A stretch of DNA of 64,000 nt, taken from Candidatus Eiseniibacteriota bacterium (GTDB lineage Bacteria > Eisenbacteria > RBG-16-71-46 > CAVPCR01). The stretch covers positions 676,570-740,569 of the forward strand of contig CAWGMA010000004.1 in the NCBI GenBank assembly GCA_963823555.1, in the 5' to 3' direction. The position numbers and the translations under genes are program-made. Shown in pieces: positions 12,019 to 24,042 of the stretch. Numbering within the stretch: the stretch's first letter is position 1; every line of letters starts with the position of its first letter. The notes beneath the pieces were generated by a model. The model was not told the origin of the DNA and ran no database searches. It was given only the letters and a program-made list of their open reading frames with translations.

Positions 12019-12670
12019 CTAGAACAGGCTCTTGATCTGACCCCAGGAGCTCGGCTCGACGGGCACCGGGTCATCGATGAACAGCCGGGCGTCGTCCCAG
12101 AAGATCGATCCGCCCTGAGCGCCGTCGACGTCGACCTTGACGATGACGGCCTGGGCATAGGCGGTGTTCGCCGGCGCGGGAGCCGTGCCGACGCCGAGGA
12201 GCGTCCAGACGTCCAGCGGCGTGGCGCCGCTGATCTGATTCGACTCGAAGACGTCGACGCCGAAGATGCCGCCGGCGGCAAGCTGGAAGTTCACATCGAG
12301 GAACTCGATCTTGTAGACGCCGAAGTCGACGTTGTCGATGGGATCGAGGCTCGAGTTGAGCGCGATAGATCTCGCCGACCCAGGTCTGACCGGGCACGGC
12401 CGGGAGCGCCTGCACGGCGCCGGAGCCGCCGCCCGGGGCGAAGGGCCCGAAGGTCTTGAGGGACTGCGATCCGCTGTGGAAGAGAGCCGCGGTGGTGAAG
12501 ACGTTGTTGAATGAACTCCAGTCGGCCGTACCGGGTACGTCACCGCCGGACGCGTCCGGCATCTCGAAGCCGGGGTTGAGGAGCTGGGCGGATGCCGTAC
12601 CCGCCATTCCCATCACGAGGAGAGACAACATGGCTGCGACGCCAACTGAGAAACGGTTGCGCTTGGTCAT
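12019..12670 (-). CDS. Secreted paralog of 10972-11886 ending in SSWGQIKSLF instead of the FlgD CTD (one frameshift near 12365)
   Basis: Near-identical passenger (QLLNPGFE.PDASGGDVPGTADW; VDFGVYKIEF; VIVKVD.DGAQ.GSIFWDDA), then DPVPVEPSSWGQIKSLF*. Confidence 0.75.
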
Positions 12671-12783
12671 GGCTCACGACGCCTTTCCGAGTTGAATCCA
12701 TCTTGGTCGGGCCGTTCCCGTCGCGGCCATCCGTGGATCATGGGCCGTCCCTGGGGCCGCGAGGATGCCTGCCCGACTTGACC

Positions 12784-12812
12784 TTGACATCCAGGGCTCC
12801 ATCATACACTAT
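12784..12812 (+). promoter_or_regulatory. Sigma70-type promoter TTGACA-N17-CACTAT
   Basis: Perfect -35 at 12784-12789 with 17 bp spacing, upstream of the ABC ATPase/GH1 operon. Confidence 0.65.
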
Positions 12813-12856
12813 GTTCGCCAGGCGAACAAAGCTCTTTTGTTCGGGGCGCGAACAAA
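12812..12856. promoter_or_regulatory. Two tandem ROK/XylR-type operators (TGTTCG-N5-CGAACA)
   Basis: TGTTCGCCAGGCGAACA (12812-12828) and TTTGTTCGGGGCGCGAACAAA (12836-12856), immediately after the -10. Confidence 0.7.
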
Positions 12857-12898
12857 GATCCAGCCCTGAGGCCCCGCTCAGGGTGCCAGGGAGACCAG

Positions 12899-13921
12899 GT
12901 GCGAGCCGACGGCCAAGCCACAGCCCCGCTCCTCGAGGTGCGCGAGATCCGCAAGGCCTTCACCTCGCACGGGTTCTTGATCCCCAGTGAGAACGACTGT
13001 TGCGGCCCGGGACGTGTCGTTCACGAGTGGACCGGGGGGAGGCGGTGGCGCTGGTGGGGGAGTCTGGAAGCGGCAAGAGCACGGTGGCCCGGCTGGTCCT
13101 CCGGCTCGAGACGGCCCGATGGCGGGGAGATCCGGCTCGATGGGGAGGACGTGCTGGCCCGCGAACCGCGCCGGGCCTCGCTCGCGCTACCGGCGGCGGG
13201 TGCAGATGGTCTTCCAGGATCCCTTCGGCTCTCTCAATCCCGTTCACACGGTCGGCCATCATCTGCTGCGGCCGCTCCTGCGCCATCGATCGCGTCGACG
13301 CCAGCGGCGGCGCGGGCGCAGGGCCCTCGAGCTTCTCCGCACCGTCGGGCTCGAGCCGGCGGCGGAGTTCATCGATCGCCACCCCTACGAGCTCTCCGGT
13401 GGCCAGCGGCAGCGCGTGGCGATCGCCCGCGCGCTCGCCGTCGATCCGGACCTGCTCGTGGCCGACGAGCCGACCTCGATGCTCGACGTCTCGATCCGGA
13501 TGGGAGTCCTGAACCTCCTCGCCGAGCTCAAGCGAGAACGCAGGCTCGCCATCCTGCTCATCACGCACGATCTCGCGTCGGCCCGCTATCTCGCCGACCG
13601 GGTGCTCGTGCTCTATCCGCGGGCGGGTCGTCGAGGACGGCCCGAGCGCGGCGGTCGTCGCGGCCCCGGCGCATCCCTACACGCGCGCGCTCCTCGCCGC
13701 GATCGCTGACGCCGGTGAAGCGGGTGATTCCGCCGCCGTGCCGGCCGCCGCCGCGGCCGCGACCGGGGAGCTCGACTCGACACGCGGCTGTCCCTTCGTC
13801 GCCCGCTGCCCGGAGGTGCTCGACCGCTGCCGACGCGGTGGATCCGGCGCCGCGATCGGCCGATGACCGGCTCGTGCGCTGTCACCTCTATCCCGAGGAC
13901 GCGCACGCGGCACGGAGCTGA
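12899..13921 (+). CDS. Opp/Dpp-type ABC transporter ATP-binding subunit (OppF-like, frameshifted)
   Basis: [47 protein letters not shown], and a C-terminal GCPF..RC..VRCHLY. Confidence 0.85.
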   Translation: MRADGQATAPLLEVREIRKAFTSHGFLIPSENDCCGPGRVVHEWTGGRRWRWWGSLEAARARWPGWSSGSRRPDGGEIRLDGEDVLAREPRRASLALPAAGADGLPGSLRLSQSRSHGRPSSAAAAPAPSIASTPAAARAQGPRASPHRRARAGGGVHRSPPLRALRWPAAARGDRPRARRRSGPARGRRADLDARRLDPDGSPEPPRRAQARTQARHPAHHARSRVGPLSRRPGARALSAGGSSRTARARRSSRPRRIPTRARSSPRSLTPVKRVIPPPCRPPPRPRPGSSTRHAAVPSSPAARRCSTAADAVDPAPRSADDRLVRCHLYPEDAHAARS

Positions 13922-13927
13922 GCGGCG

Positions 13928-15345
13928 ATGGGTCGCGTTCGTCCTTCCCGGACGGATTCCTGTGGGGTGTCGCCACCTCGGCGCAGCAGATCGAGGGGGC
14001 CGAGCGGGAGGGCGGGCGCGGCGAGTCGATCTGGGATCGCTTCGCGGCGACTCCCGGCAGCGATCGCCGACGGCTCGGACGCCGAGCGTCGCCTGCGATC
14101 ACTACCACCGCTGGCGCGGAGGACATCGAGCTCATGCGCTGGCTCGGCGTGGGCGCCTATCGCTTCTCCATCGCCTGGCCCCGGATCCTGCCCCGCGGGC
14201 GCGGTGCCGTCAACGCCGACGGGCCTCGACTTCTACGACGCGCTCGTCGACGCGCTGCTCGAAGCCGGCATCCGGCCCTTCGTCACCCTCTACCACTGGG
14301 ATCTGCCGCAGGCGCTCCAGGACGAGGGCGGCTGGGCCGCGCGCGACACGGTCGACGCTTTCGCCGAGTACACCGATCTGGTGACGCGCGCGGCTCGGCG
14401 ACCGCGTCGCGCACTGGGTCACGCACAACGAACCCTGGTGCGTCGCCACGCTCGGCTACGAGGAAGGGCAGCACGCCCCGGGCTCACCGCGATCCCGCCG
14501 AGGCCCTGCGCGTCGCCCACCATCTGCTCGCTCTCCCACGGCCGGGCGGTCGAAGTCCTGCGGCAGAACGCGCCAGGGAGCCGAGGTCGGCATCGTCCTC
14601 AACCTGACGCCCGCCATGCCGGCCTCGCACGACCGCGGCCGATCGCGGATGCCGCCCGCCGGTTCGACGGATCCTTCAACCGCTGGTATCTCGATCCGCT
14701 CTTCCGCGGGCGCTATCCCGCGGACGTGATCGCGGATCGCGTCCGGCGGGGCCATCTGGCCGGCCTCGATCTCCCCTTCGTTCACGCCGGGGACCTCGAG
14801 ACCATCGCGCACGCCGCTCGACTTCCTCGGGCGTCAACTACTACAGCCGGGTCGTCGTGCGGGCCGGCGACGGACGGCGAGCCGGTCGCCGTTCCGCATG
14901 GTGCCCGACGAGGAGCTCACCGACATGGGCTGGGAGGTCTATCCCGCAGGGTCTCCACGATCTGCTCGTCCGCCTCGATCAGCGAGTACCGGCCGCCGAA
15001 GATCTACATCACCGAGAACGGCGCCGCCTACGGCGACGCGCCCGACGCCGACGGGCCGCATCGCCGACGCGCGCCGCGTCGACTTCCTGCGCGGCCACCT
15101 CGCCGCGGCGCACCGCGCGCATCGCCGCCGGCGTGCCCGCTCGCCGGCTACTTCGCCTGGTCGCTGCTCGACAACTTCGAGTGGGCGCACGGCTACACCA
15201 AGCGCTTCGGCCTCTACTGGGTCGACTTCGCCACGCAGGAGCGCATCCCCAAGGACAGCGCGTTCTGGTATCGCGACGTCGTGGCCGCGAACGCGGTCAC
15301 CGACGAGCAGCAATCCCGCTGCAGCAATCCACTCGAGGAGGCTAG
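13928..15345 (+). CDS. GH1 beta-glucosidase (frameshifted)
   Basis: [67 protein letters not shown]. Confidence 0.9.
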
Positions 15346-15347
15346 CC

Positions 15348-18300
15348 GTGAGCTCGATCACGGACTGGACGCGGTCGACCGGATCCTGCCTCCCGGATCG
15401 TCGGTGGCGGCGGCCGTCGCTGATCATCATGAGCGCGGGCGCCGCCTCGGCCCAGGAGCCGCGGTCGCGGCGCCCAGACCCGAGCGTCCGCGTCGTCACG
15501 GACGCCGTCGGGCTCCAGGCTCCAGGTGGACGGCCGCGACTTCATGGTCCTCGGCATGAACTGGGACTACATCCCGATCGGCGCAGAACTACGCCTACGA
15601 CCTCTGGGAGCAGCCGGACGACGTCATCGAGGCGGCGCTCGCCCGGGAGATGCCGCTCCTCAAGGCGATGGGGGTCAACGCGATCCGGCAGTACGTCGGG
15701 CATCCCGCCGCGCTGGGTCCAGTACATCTACGAGCGCTACGGCATCTACACCGTGCTCAACCATCCCGTGGCGCGCTACGGCTACACCCTCGACGGCGTC
15801 TGGATCCCGTCGGTCGACTACTCCGATCCCCGCCTCCGCGCCGCCGTCGACGGCGGAGATCGTCGACCATGGTCGAGGAGTTCCAGGGCGCCCCCGGCGT
15901 GCTGATGTGGCTGCTCGGGCAACGAGAACAACTACGGGCTCTCCTGGACCTCCTTCGAGATCGAGGCGCTGCCCGAGGGCGAGCGCGACGCGGCCCGGGC
16001 CCGCCATCTCTACTCGCTCTTCGGCGAGATCATCGCGCGCCATCAAGGCGCGCGACCCGCACCGCCCGGTGGCCATCGCCAACGGCGACCTCCAGTACAT
16101 CGACCTCATCGCCGAGGAGTGCAAGGACCTCGACATCTTCGGCACCAACGTCTACCGCGGCATCTCGGCGCGCGACCTCTTCGAGGTGGTCGAAGGACGA
16201 AGCTCGGCATCCCGGTCATGTTCACCGAGTTCGGCGCCGACGCCTGGAACGCGAAGGAGATGCGCGAGGACCAGGTGACGCAGGCCCGCTACCTGCATCG
16301 GCCAGTGGCAGGAGATCTACGAGCAGTCGAGCGGCAAGGGCCGGGTCGGCAACGCCATCGGCGGCTTCATCTTCCAGTGGAGCGACGGCTGGTGGAAGTT
16401 CGGCCAGGACGAGCCGCCTCGACATCCACGACACGCAACGCCTCCTGGCCCAACGGCGGCTACGCCGAGGACTTCGTCGAGGGCGAGAACAACATGAACG
16501 AGGAGTGGTGGGGCATCTGCGCCAAGGGCCCGCCCGACGCCGCGGGCTCTACGAGCTCTACCCGCGCGCCGCCTACTACGCGCTCCAGCGCGCCTTCCGC
16601 CTCGATCCCTACGCCCCCGGCACCGATCTCGCGGCGATCCGCGCCCACTTCGCCGCCATCGACCCCGTGGCGCGCCGCGCTCGAGGCGCGCGGCGACCAG
16701 CGCGAGCCTGCGTCGCCGACGTGCTCGAGCCGCGTCCGCGCTGAGCGGCGCTGCGGCTGGAGTTCGAGACCTACAGCACCGGCGGCGAGCGACATCACGC
16801 ACCGCCCGAGCCGAGACGCCGCGGACGGCGCTGCCCGCCTTCCGCGGCTTCGACCACCTGGAGTCGTTCTACGCCGACTTCGAGGCGCAACCCGGCCGAG
16901 AACGTGATCGGCAACGCTCTCGCTCAACGTGCTCGGCAACGTCCCGCTGAATCCGATCGACGAGATCTTCTACGAGAACCGCGGCCGCCCGCGCACCGTG
17001 TCAGACGGACGGGGAGCTCGTTCGAGCTCGAAGGGCATCGAGCGCGTGAAGGTCTACCGCGCCAGCGTGTCCTGGGACGATCGCTGGTTCAAGCTGGACG
17101 GCTTCTACCGCACCGGCCACACCCACTGGGGCTACGAGGGCGACTTCTTCGGCCTCTACCGCGAGGCCTACTACGGCGAGAACATCGACATCTACAACGG
17201 CGAGGCGCCGGTCGGCGTCGAGATCGCGGGCCGGAAGGCGCTCGACGGGGCTGAAGCTCGCCTTCGGCCCGCAGCTCTGGTGGGGCGCCAACCCGGCGGT
17301 CATGCTCGAAGTACCAGCCGCCGCGGTCGGCCCGTTCGACGCCACCGCGCATCTACCAGGAGGACTTCGCCGCGCAGTCCACGGTCACCAGCTCGGTCGC
17401 GATCCCGCTGCCGCCCACGCGCAGGGCCACGCTCCACCTGGCGACCCGGACGCGGGCCGTTCGGCTATCGAGGTCGGCGGCATCTGGGCGGGCTCCACCA
17501 AGGTCGGCGAGCGCTTCCAGATCGCCGAGGAGATCGGCGAGGCAGCTACCGCGTCCTCCAGGACGAGTCGTGCGCACGCGCGACACCTTCGGCGCCAAGG
17601 CCAAGGTCACGATGCGAGGCGGGACGCTGGCACTGGTACGCGCAGGGCGCCTACATGGGCCTCGTGGCCGACGGCGGGCCCGACCGCGACCATCACCTTC
17701 ACCGGCTGGAGCCTCAAGGACACCGGCTCGGGCAACCAGGCGCAACGTCATCACCGGGCTCGCCGTGCAACGTGGGCAACTTCCAGATCGGGCCGAACTT
17801 CCTCTGGCAGAAGCCGATCGTCGGCCCGATCCCCGGCGACGTGCCCGCTCCCGGCCGGCCGCGCAACGTCCTCGACGATCCGTTCGCCGTGCGCGCCAAC
17901 CGGGAGACCGTCGGCGGCGAGCTCCTGGTCGACCTACGACCCGACGCCGGCGACCTGGATGTGGGCGTGGGACAACGACGTCCGCGAGGACGCGCGATCT
18001 CGCCGGCAGCCTGGGCTTCGTCTTCCGGCATCTGCCGACCACCCAGGACGCAGCGATCGGCATTCTCGGCGAACGGCCGACGACCTTCGCGTTCCCCGGG
18101 GCCCCGCCGCCCCGCGATCTCTGGGAGGTGCAGGCGCGCGTCGTGTCACGCATGCGGCCGCGATACGCCGCCTCGTCGGCAACTGCCTTCGCCGGCACCG
18201 GCGAGCCGAACGGCAGACGATCCGCGGCTCATCCACCGCTACGGCGGCGAGCGCTCGCGTCGCCTCGGGGCCGCATCGCCCTCGCGAGCCTTCGCCAAGT

Positions 18301-18585
18301 TCAACGACTGGGGACCCTACGACTACCACCGCGACTTCAACCTCACCTTCCCGGTGCAGCTGATGGGCGACATCTCGTACACGCTGGGCACGCCGCGCTG
18401 GTTCGGGTATCCGCAGACCCGCATCGGCGTGCGCGGCACCTGGCGCTCGCTCGACGAGTACTCGCCGCGCTACTGCCCGGCGACGGTCCCCGGCCCGGGC
18501 GGCACTCCGCAGTGCGACCCGACCGCCCCGGGCGCGAACGGGCGCGAGTGGGAGATCCGGACCTACCTGCACCTTGGCGATCTGA
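15348..18585 (+). CDS. Large secreted GH2/GH158-like TIM-barrel glycosidase with a probable C-terminal beta-barrel (frameshifted)
   Basis: RBS GAGGAGG; signal ..AASA|QE; GMNWDYIPIG, MGVNAIRQY, GNENNYG, GTNVYRG, FTEFGADA, FQWSDGWWK, NEEWWGI; beta-strand-rich C-terminal half ending EWEIRTYLHL. Confidence 0.7.
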
Positions 18586-18599
18586 GGCGCGCCCGCGCG

Positions 18600-19581
18600 C
18601 CGTGCTGACTCGCCGCGCAGGTGACAGGCGGCGGCGTGGCCCGGGGCCGAGCTCGATGCAGCTCGGGCGGGTCCGCTCGCGGCAGAGATCCGATGGCGCG
18701 GTCGCAGCGCGGGTGGAAGCGGCAGCCCGACGGCGGGTGCTCGAGGCTCGGCGGCGCGCCCGGGATGCTCGCCGAGCTCCGTCGTGTCGCCGCGGACCGA
18801 GGGGAAGGCGCGCAGGAGCCCCTGCGTGTAGGGATGCCGCGGCGTCGCGGCGCAGCTCCGCCGCCGGCCCGACCTCGACCAGCCGTGCCGCGTAGAAGAC
18901 CGCCACCCGATCCGAGAACTGCAGCATGCGCGCGAGGTCGTGCGTGATGAAGAGCACGGCGAAGCCGAGCCGCCGCTGCAGCGCCCGGATCTGCTCGAGG
19001 ATCTCCCGCTCCACGATGACGTCGAGCGCCGTCGTCGGCTCGTCGAGGATGACGAGCGCCGGCTCGAGCGCGAGCGCGAGCGCGATGCCCACGCGCTGCC
19101 GCATGCCGCCCGAGAGCTGGTGCGCGTAGCTGTCGAGCCGATCGGCGGGGATGCCCGACCATCTCGAGCAGCTCGCCGGCGCGCGTCGCGCGCCCGCGCC
19201 GGCGGGACGGCACCGTGCGCGAGCAGCGTGTCGACGATCTGCTCGCCGACCGTGATCACCGGGTTGAGCGCGTCCATCGCGCTCTGGAACACCATCGAGA
19301 TCCGCTTCCAGCGCAGCTCGCGCAGCTCCGGCTCGTCGAGCGCGAGGATGTCGCGCCCCTCGAAGCAGCACGCTGCCGCCCGTGATGACCGCCGGCGGCG
19401 GCAGGATGCGCAGGAGCGCCTGGGCCAGCGTCGACTTGCCGCTGCCCGACTCGCCCGGCGATCCCCAGGATCTCGCCGCGCCCGACGTCGAGCGACACGT
19501 GATCGATGGCGCGCACCGGTCCCGCGGTCGGTGACGTAGTCGACGCAGAGGTCGCGGATCGGAGAGCAGCGGCTCAGTCAT
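18600..19581 (-). CDS. Opp-type ABC ATP-binding subunit (OppD-like, frameshifted; 3' end approximate)
   Basis: [55 protein letters not shown]. Confidence 0.85.
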
Positions 19582-20523
19582 GATCGCGCCACCACCGGTG
19601 TCGAGCGCGTCGGCTCCTGGCCGCGCGCGGCCAGGTAGCGCGCGCCAGGCGCGCTCGAGCTGCAGCCGCGGATTGGTGATCTCGTCGAAGCCCGAGTTGA
19701 GCATGGTGAGGCCGAAGCCGACGAGCGCGACGCAGAGCCCGGTGGGCGCGAACGTCCACCAGGCGCCGGTCAGGAGCGCCGAGTCGTTCTGCGCCCAGTA
19801 GAGGTTCGTGCCCCAGGTGACGGCCGAGACGTCGCCCAGCCCCAGGAACTCGAGCCCCACCTGGGCGCCGATCGCGTAGACGGTGCTGCCGATGACCTGG
19901 GCCACGAGCAGCGACGTCATGTTGGGCAGGATCTCGCGGGTGATGATGCGGAAGCTCGACTCGCCGGCCACGATCGCCGCCGGCGACGAAGTCGCGCTCG
20001 GCGCAGCGCCAGCGTCTGCGCGCGCAGCACGCGCGCGTTCCAGGCCCAGCCGGTGACGACGAGCACGAGCCCGAGCGTGAGCGGGCCCGGAGGGCAGGTA
20101 GGCGGCGATGACGATGGCGAGCGGCAGGCCCGGGATGACGAGGAACACGTTGAAGAGGAGCGAGAGCAGGCCGTCCACGCGGCCGCCGAAGTAGCCGGCG
20201 GTGACGCCCACGAGCGCGCCGACGAGGACGACGACGAGGCCCACGCCGAAGCCGATCGCGAGCGAGATCCGCGTGCCGACCACGAGCTGCGCGAGCACGT
20301 CCTGCCCCTGGCCGGTGGTGCCGAGCCAGTGCTCGCGCCGAGGGCGGCTGGAGCGGGATGCCGACGAGCGCGTCGGGATCGCCCGACGAGCCAGGGACCG
20401 ACGAGCGCGACGAGCAGGAAGACCGCGAGGATGCGCGGCGCCGATCGTCGCCTTGCGGTCGCGACGGATCGCCTCCCACCAGGCCGCGATGCCGGTCGCC
20501 CGGCGATCGCCGGCGTCGCTCAT
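19574..20523 (-). CDS. Opp-type ABC permease (OppC-like)
   Basis: HWLGTTGQGQDV, EILPN, LEFLGLG, WG motifs; multiple hydrophobic segments. Confidence 0.85.
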
Positions 20524-21512
20524 GACGCGGGCTCCCGGGTGCGCGGATCGAGCCACAGGTAGACGAGGTCGACGAGCCAGTTCGCGCCGAGCACCGCCAG
20601 CGTGATGACGAGGAAGATCCCCTGCATGAGCGGGATAGTCCTGGTTGCGCACCGCCTGCACGAGCAGGTAGCCCTGGCCGGGATAGGAGAAGACGATCTC
20701 GGTGAGGAGCGAGCCGCCGAGAACGAAGCCCGAGCGCCATGCCGAAGCCGGTGACGCTCGGCAGGAGCGCGTTGCGGGCGGCGTAGCGCAGCACGACGCG
20801 CGACGGGGGCGAGCCCCTTGGCCCGCGCCAGGTTGACGTAGTCCGAGCCGAGCATCGCGATCATGGTGTTCCGCATCGAGAGCAGCCAGCCGCCCAGCGT
20901 CGCCAGCACGACCGTGCCGACGGGCAGCACCGCGTGGCGCACGACGTCGGCGAGGAAGGCGAGCCGAGAAGCCCGGCGTCAGGTCGTCGCCGTAGGCGTG
21001 GCCCAGCGGGAAACCAGCCGAGCGTGAAGCCGAGCACGTAGAGCGCCACCATGGCGAGCCAGAAGTAGGGAAACGCGCCGAGGAAGACGAAGCGTCGAGG
21101 GCAGCCACGGTGTCGAGCCAGCCGCGCCGCCACCAGGCGGCGGCGACGCCGAGGAGCGTGCCGATGGCGAAGCTGACCACCACCGCCGTGCCGGCCAGGA
21201 AGATGGTCCAGACGAGCCCGGTGCCGATCACCTCGGCGACCGGGCGACGGGAAGTAGGCGACCGAGATGCCGAGGTCGCCCCGCAGCACGTGCGCGAGAT
21301 AGGTGAAGTACTGGCCGAGGAGCGGCGCGTCGGTGAGGCCGAAGGTCTCGCGCAGCGCCTCCATCGCCTCCGGGCTCGAGCCGGCCGCGGAAGCGCGCGA
21401 AGAGCGCGGTGGCCGGATCGCCGGGCATGAGGCGGGGCAGGAAGAAGTTGAGCGTCAGCGCCACCCACGCCGCGAGGAGGTAGAAGCCGAGTCGTCGCAG
21501 GATGTAGCGCAC
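20520..21512 (-). CDS. Opp-type ABC permease (OppB-like)
   Basis: RYILRRL, PRLMPGDPA, GDLGIS, DYVNLARAKG, YAARNALLP, EIVFSYPG, WLDPR. Confidence 0.85.
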
Positions 21513-21523
21513 TCGACGTCCTC

Positions 21524-23209
21524 CTAGCGCGGCGTGAGGGTGGTCAGGACGAGCAGGCACTCGCCGCGGTCGAACTTGTTCGGCGACGGATCGGCGTACG
21601 GATGCTCCGCCGACGGGAAGCCCGTCGAAGCGGCTCGTGTTGTACTCGGCCCAGGACGGGTTCGGGTAGAGCGGGATCGCCGGCGCCTCGGCGACGAAGA
21701 TCCGCTGCAGCTCGTCGGCGAGCCGGTCGCTGGCGTCGCCGGATCGGGCTCGCGCTCGAAGGCCGCGAGCGCCGCGTCGGCCGCGGGCTGCCGTAGCGGT
21801 GCCAGTTGCCCATCGACGCTCTCGCCGATCGGGCTTCACCGTCGCCGAGGACATGAGCCAGCGGTAGAAGAGGTAGGGCGTCGGCCCCTCGAACGACCAC
21901 CCGAGGCTCAGGTCGAAGTTCCCCTCCTGCACGCGCTGGAACCAGGCGCTGAAGTCGTAGGTGCGCACCGAGGCCGTCGATGCCGAGCTCGCCGCAGACC
22001 GCGGGCGATCACCTGGGAGGCGCGCACCCAGTCCGACCATCCCGAGACGGTGAGGATCTCGTAGCGCCAGGGCTCGCCGTCGGGCAGGCGCCGCACGCCG
22101 TCCTCGCCGCGCGCGATAGCCCGCCTCGTCGAGGAGCGCCTCGGCGCGGGCCAGGTCGTAGCGCACCCAGTCGTCCGTCGGCGGCGATCTCGGGATCGTG
22201 CCAGGCGGCGTAGGCGTCGCTCAGGCCCGTGGCGTCGGCCGGGCGCGAGTAGCGGTAGAGCGCCACGTCGACCAGGAGCTCGCGGTCGATCGCCATGCTC
22301 AGCGCCTTGCGCACCCGCACGTCGTCGAACGGGGCGCGGGTGGTGTTGGCGTAGAGGAAGATGGTGCTCCCGGTGAGCGGGAACCAGTAGCGGTGGTGCT
22401 CCGGATTGCGTCCGACGAAGACGCGGTCGATGGCGGGGACGAAGTTCCCGGCCCAGTCCACCTCGTCGAAGACCAGGGCCAGGTTGGCGCGGTCGTTGGC
22501 CGGATAGGCGGGGAAGCGGAGCGCCGTCGATGCGCGGCCGGCCCTCCTGCCAGTAGCGCGGGTTGCGACCGAGCTCGTAGACCTGGTTGCGGAAGACGCG
22601 CACCTCGGTGAAGGGGCCGGTGGCCACCGGGTTCTCGTTGGGGAACGTCACCGGATCCGCCACCTCGCTCCAGACGTGCTCGGGCACGATCTGCTGCGCC
22701 GCCACCTCGTCGAACCCGGGGATGAAGACGCGCTGGAAGCGGAAGTCGACCGTGCGCTCGTCGATCGGCGACCACGCCATCGAGGAAGCCCCAGACGCCG
22801 CGGCGGTCGAGCGCCGGATGCGCTGCAGGAGCGTCGAAGGTGAACGCGACGTCGCGCGCCGTGAAGGGCTCGCCGTCCGACCAGAGCACGCTGTCCCGGG
22901 TCGTCACGCGCAGCACGCGGTTCCCGTCGCGCCACTCGTGCGCCGACCGCGAGCCACGGCACGTACTCGCGCTGCACGCTGTTGAAGACGAAGAGCGGCT
23001 CGTAGATGCCGGCGAGCGTGGGCCAGCGGGCGGCGGTGGCGGTCGTGAGCGGGTTGAAGTTGCGGATCCAGGAGGCCTGCTGCTCCTGCGAGACCACGAG
23101 CACGCCTTCGGGAGCCCGCGGCCGTTCCCGGACGCAGGCCGCGTCCCGCGACAGCGACGATCGACAGAGCCATGGCGAGCGTCGCCGGCGCGTGCCGGAC
23201 GCTCATCAT
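21524..23209 (-). CDS. ABC substrate-binding protein family 5 (OppA-like, probably oligosaccharide-binding)
   Basis: RNFNPL, IYEPLF, WSDGEPFTARDVAFTF, PVATGPF, DVRVRKALSMAIDR, SGWSDW. Confidence 0.85.
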
Positions 23210-24042
23210 CTCGAACCTGTAGACGCGCACCCAGTCGACGAGCATGGTCTGCGGGAAGTCCGTGCTCGCGTTCGGCGGGCCGACGAAGTGGCCGCCCACC
23301 GCGACGTTCAGGATGATGAAGAACGGATGGTCGAAGACCCAGCGCCCGCCGGTCGGCAGGCTCGCGCGGAGTGACGACGCAGGTAGGGGATCGTCGTCGA
23401 CGAACCAGGTGATGCGGCTCCGCTTCCCACTCGACCGCGAAGACGTGGAAGTCGTCGTCGAAGCCCGCGTCGCCGGAGAGCGTGTAGCGGCCCGTCACCG
23501 CGCTGCCGCCCGAGTAGCCCGGGCCCGTGGAGGCTGCCGTGGAGGATCTCGCGGCTCCTGACCGCGGTACTCCATGATGTCGATCTCGCCGCACGCGGGC
23601 CAGCCGACCGTCGTCGAAGTTGGCGCCGAGCAGCCAGAACGCGGGCCAGATGCCCTGGCCGACCGGCAGCGGATCCGCGCCTCGAAGCGCCCGTGCGTCT
23701 GCTCGAAGATGCTCGCGGGTGTTGATGCGCCCCGAGGTGTAGCTCCGCCCCTGGTAGGTCTCCTCGCGCGCGGTGATGGCGAGGTGGCCTGCGCCGTCGA
23801 GCGAGACGTTCTCGGGCGGTCGGTGTCGTACTCGAGCTGCGCGTTGCCCCAGTCGGTGCCGATGTCGAAGCGCCAGCGTGGCGGCATCGGGCGACTGCCC
23901 GGCCGGTCCCTCGAACTCGTCCTCCCAGACGAGCTGCCACTCCGCCGAGTCCTCGTCGCAGCCGTCCTGCAGCCGGCGAGCACGAGCGCAAGCGCCGCCA
24001 GCAGAGCCAGTCGAACGGAACGATCTGGTGCCTGCGTCTCAT
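23203..24042 (-). CDS. GH16 laminarinase-like endo-1,3-beta-glucanase, probably a lipoprotein (frameshifted)
   Basis: WQLVWEDEF, WGNAQLE, YTSGRI, HGRFEARI, GIWPAFW, GEIDIME, FDHPFFIILNVAVGG, MLVDWVRVY. Confidence 0.85.
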
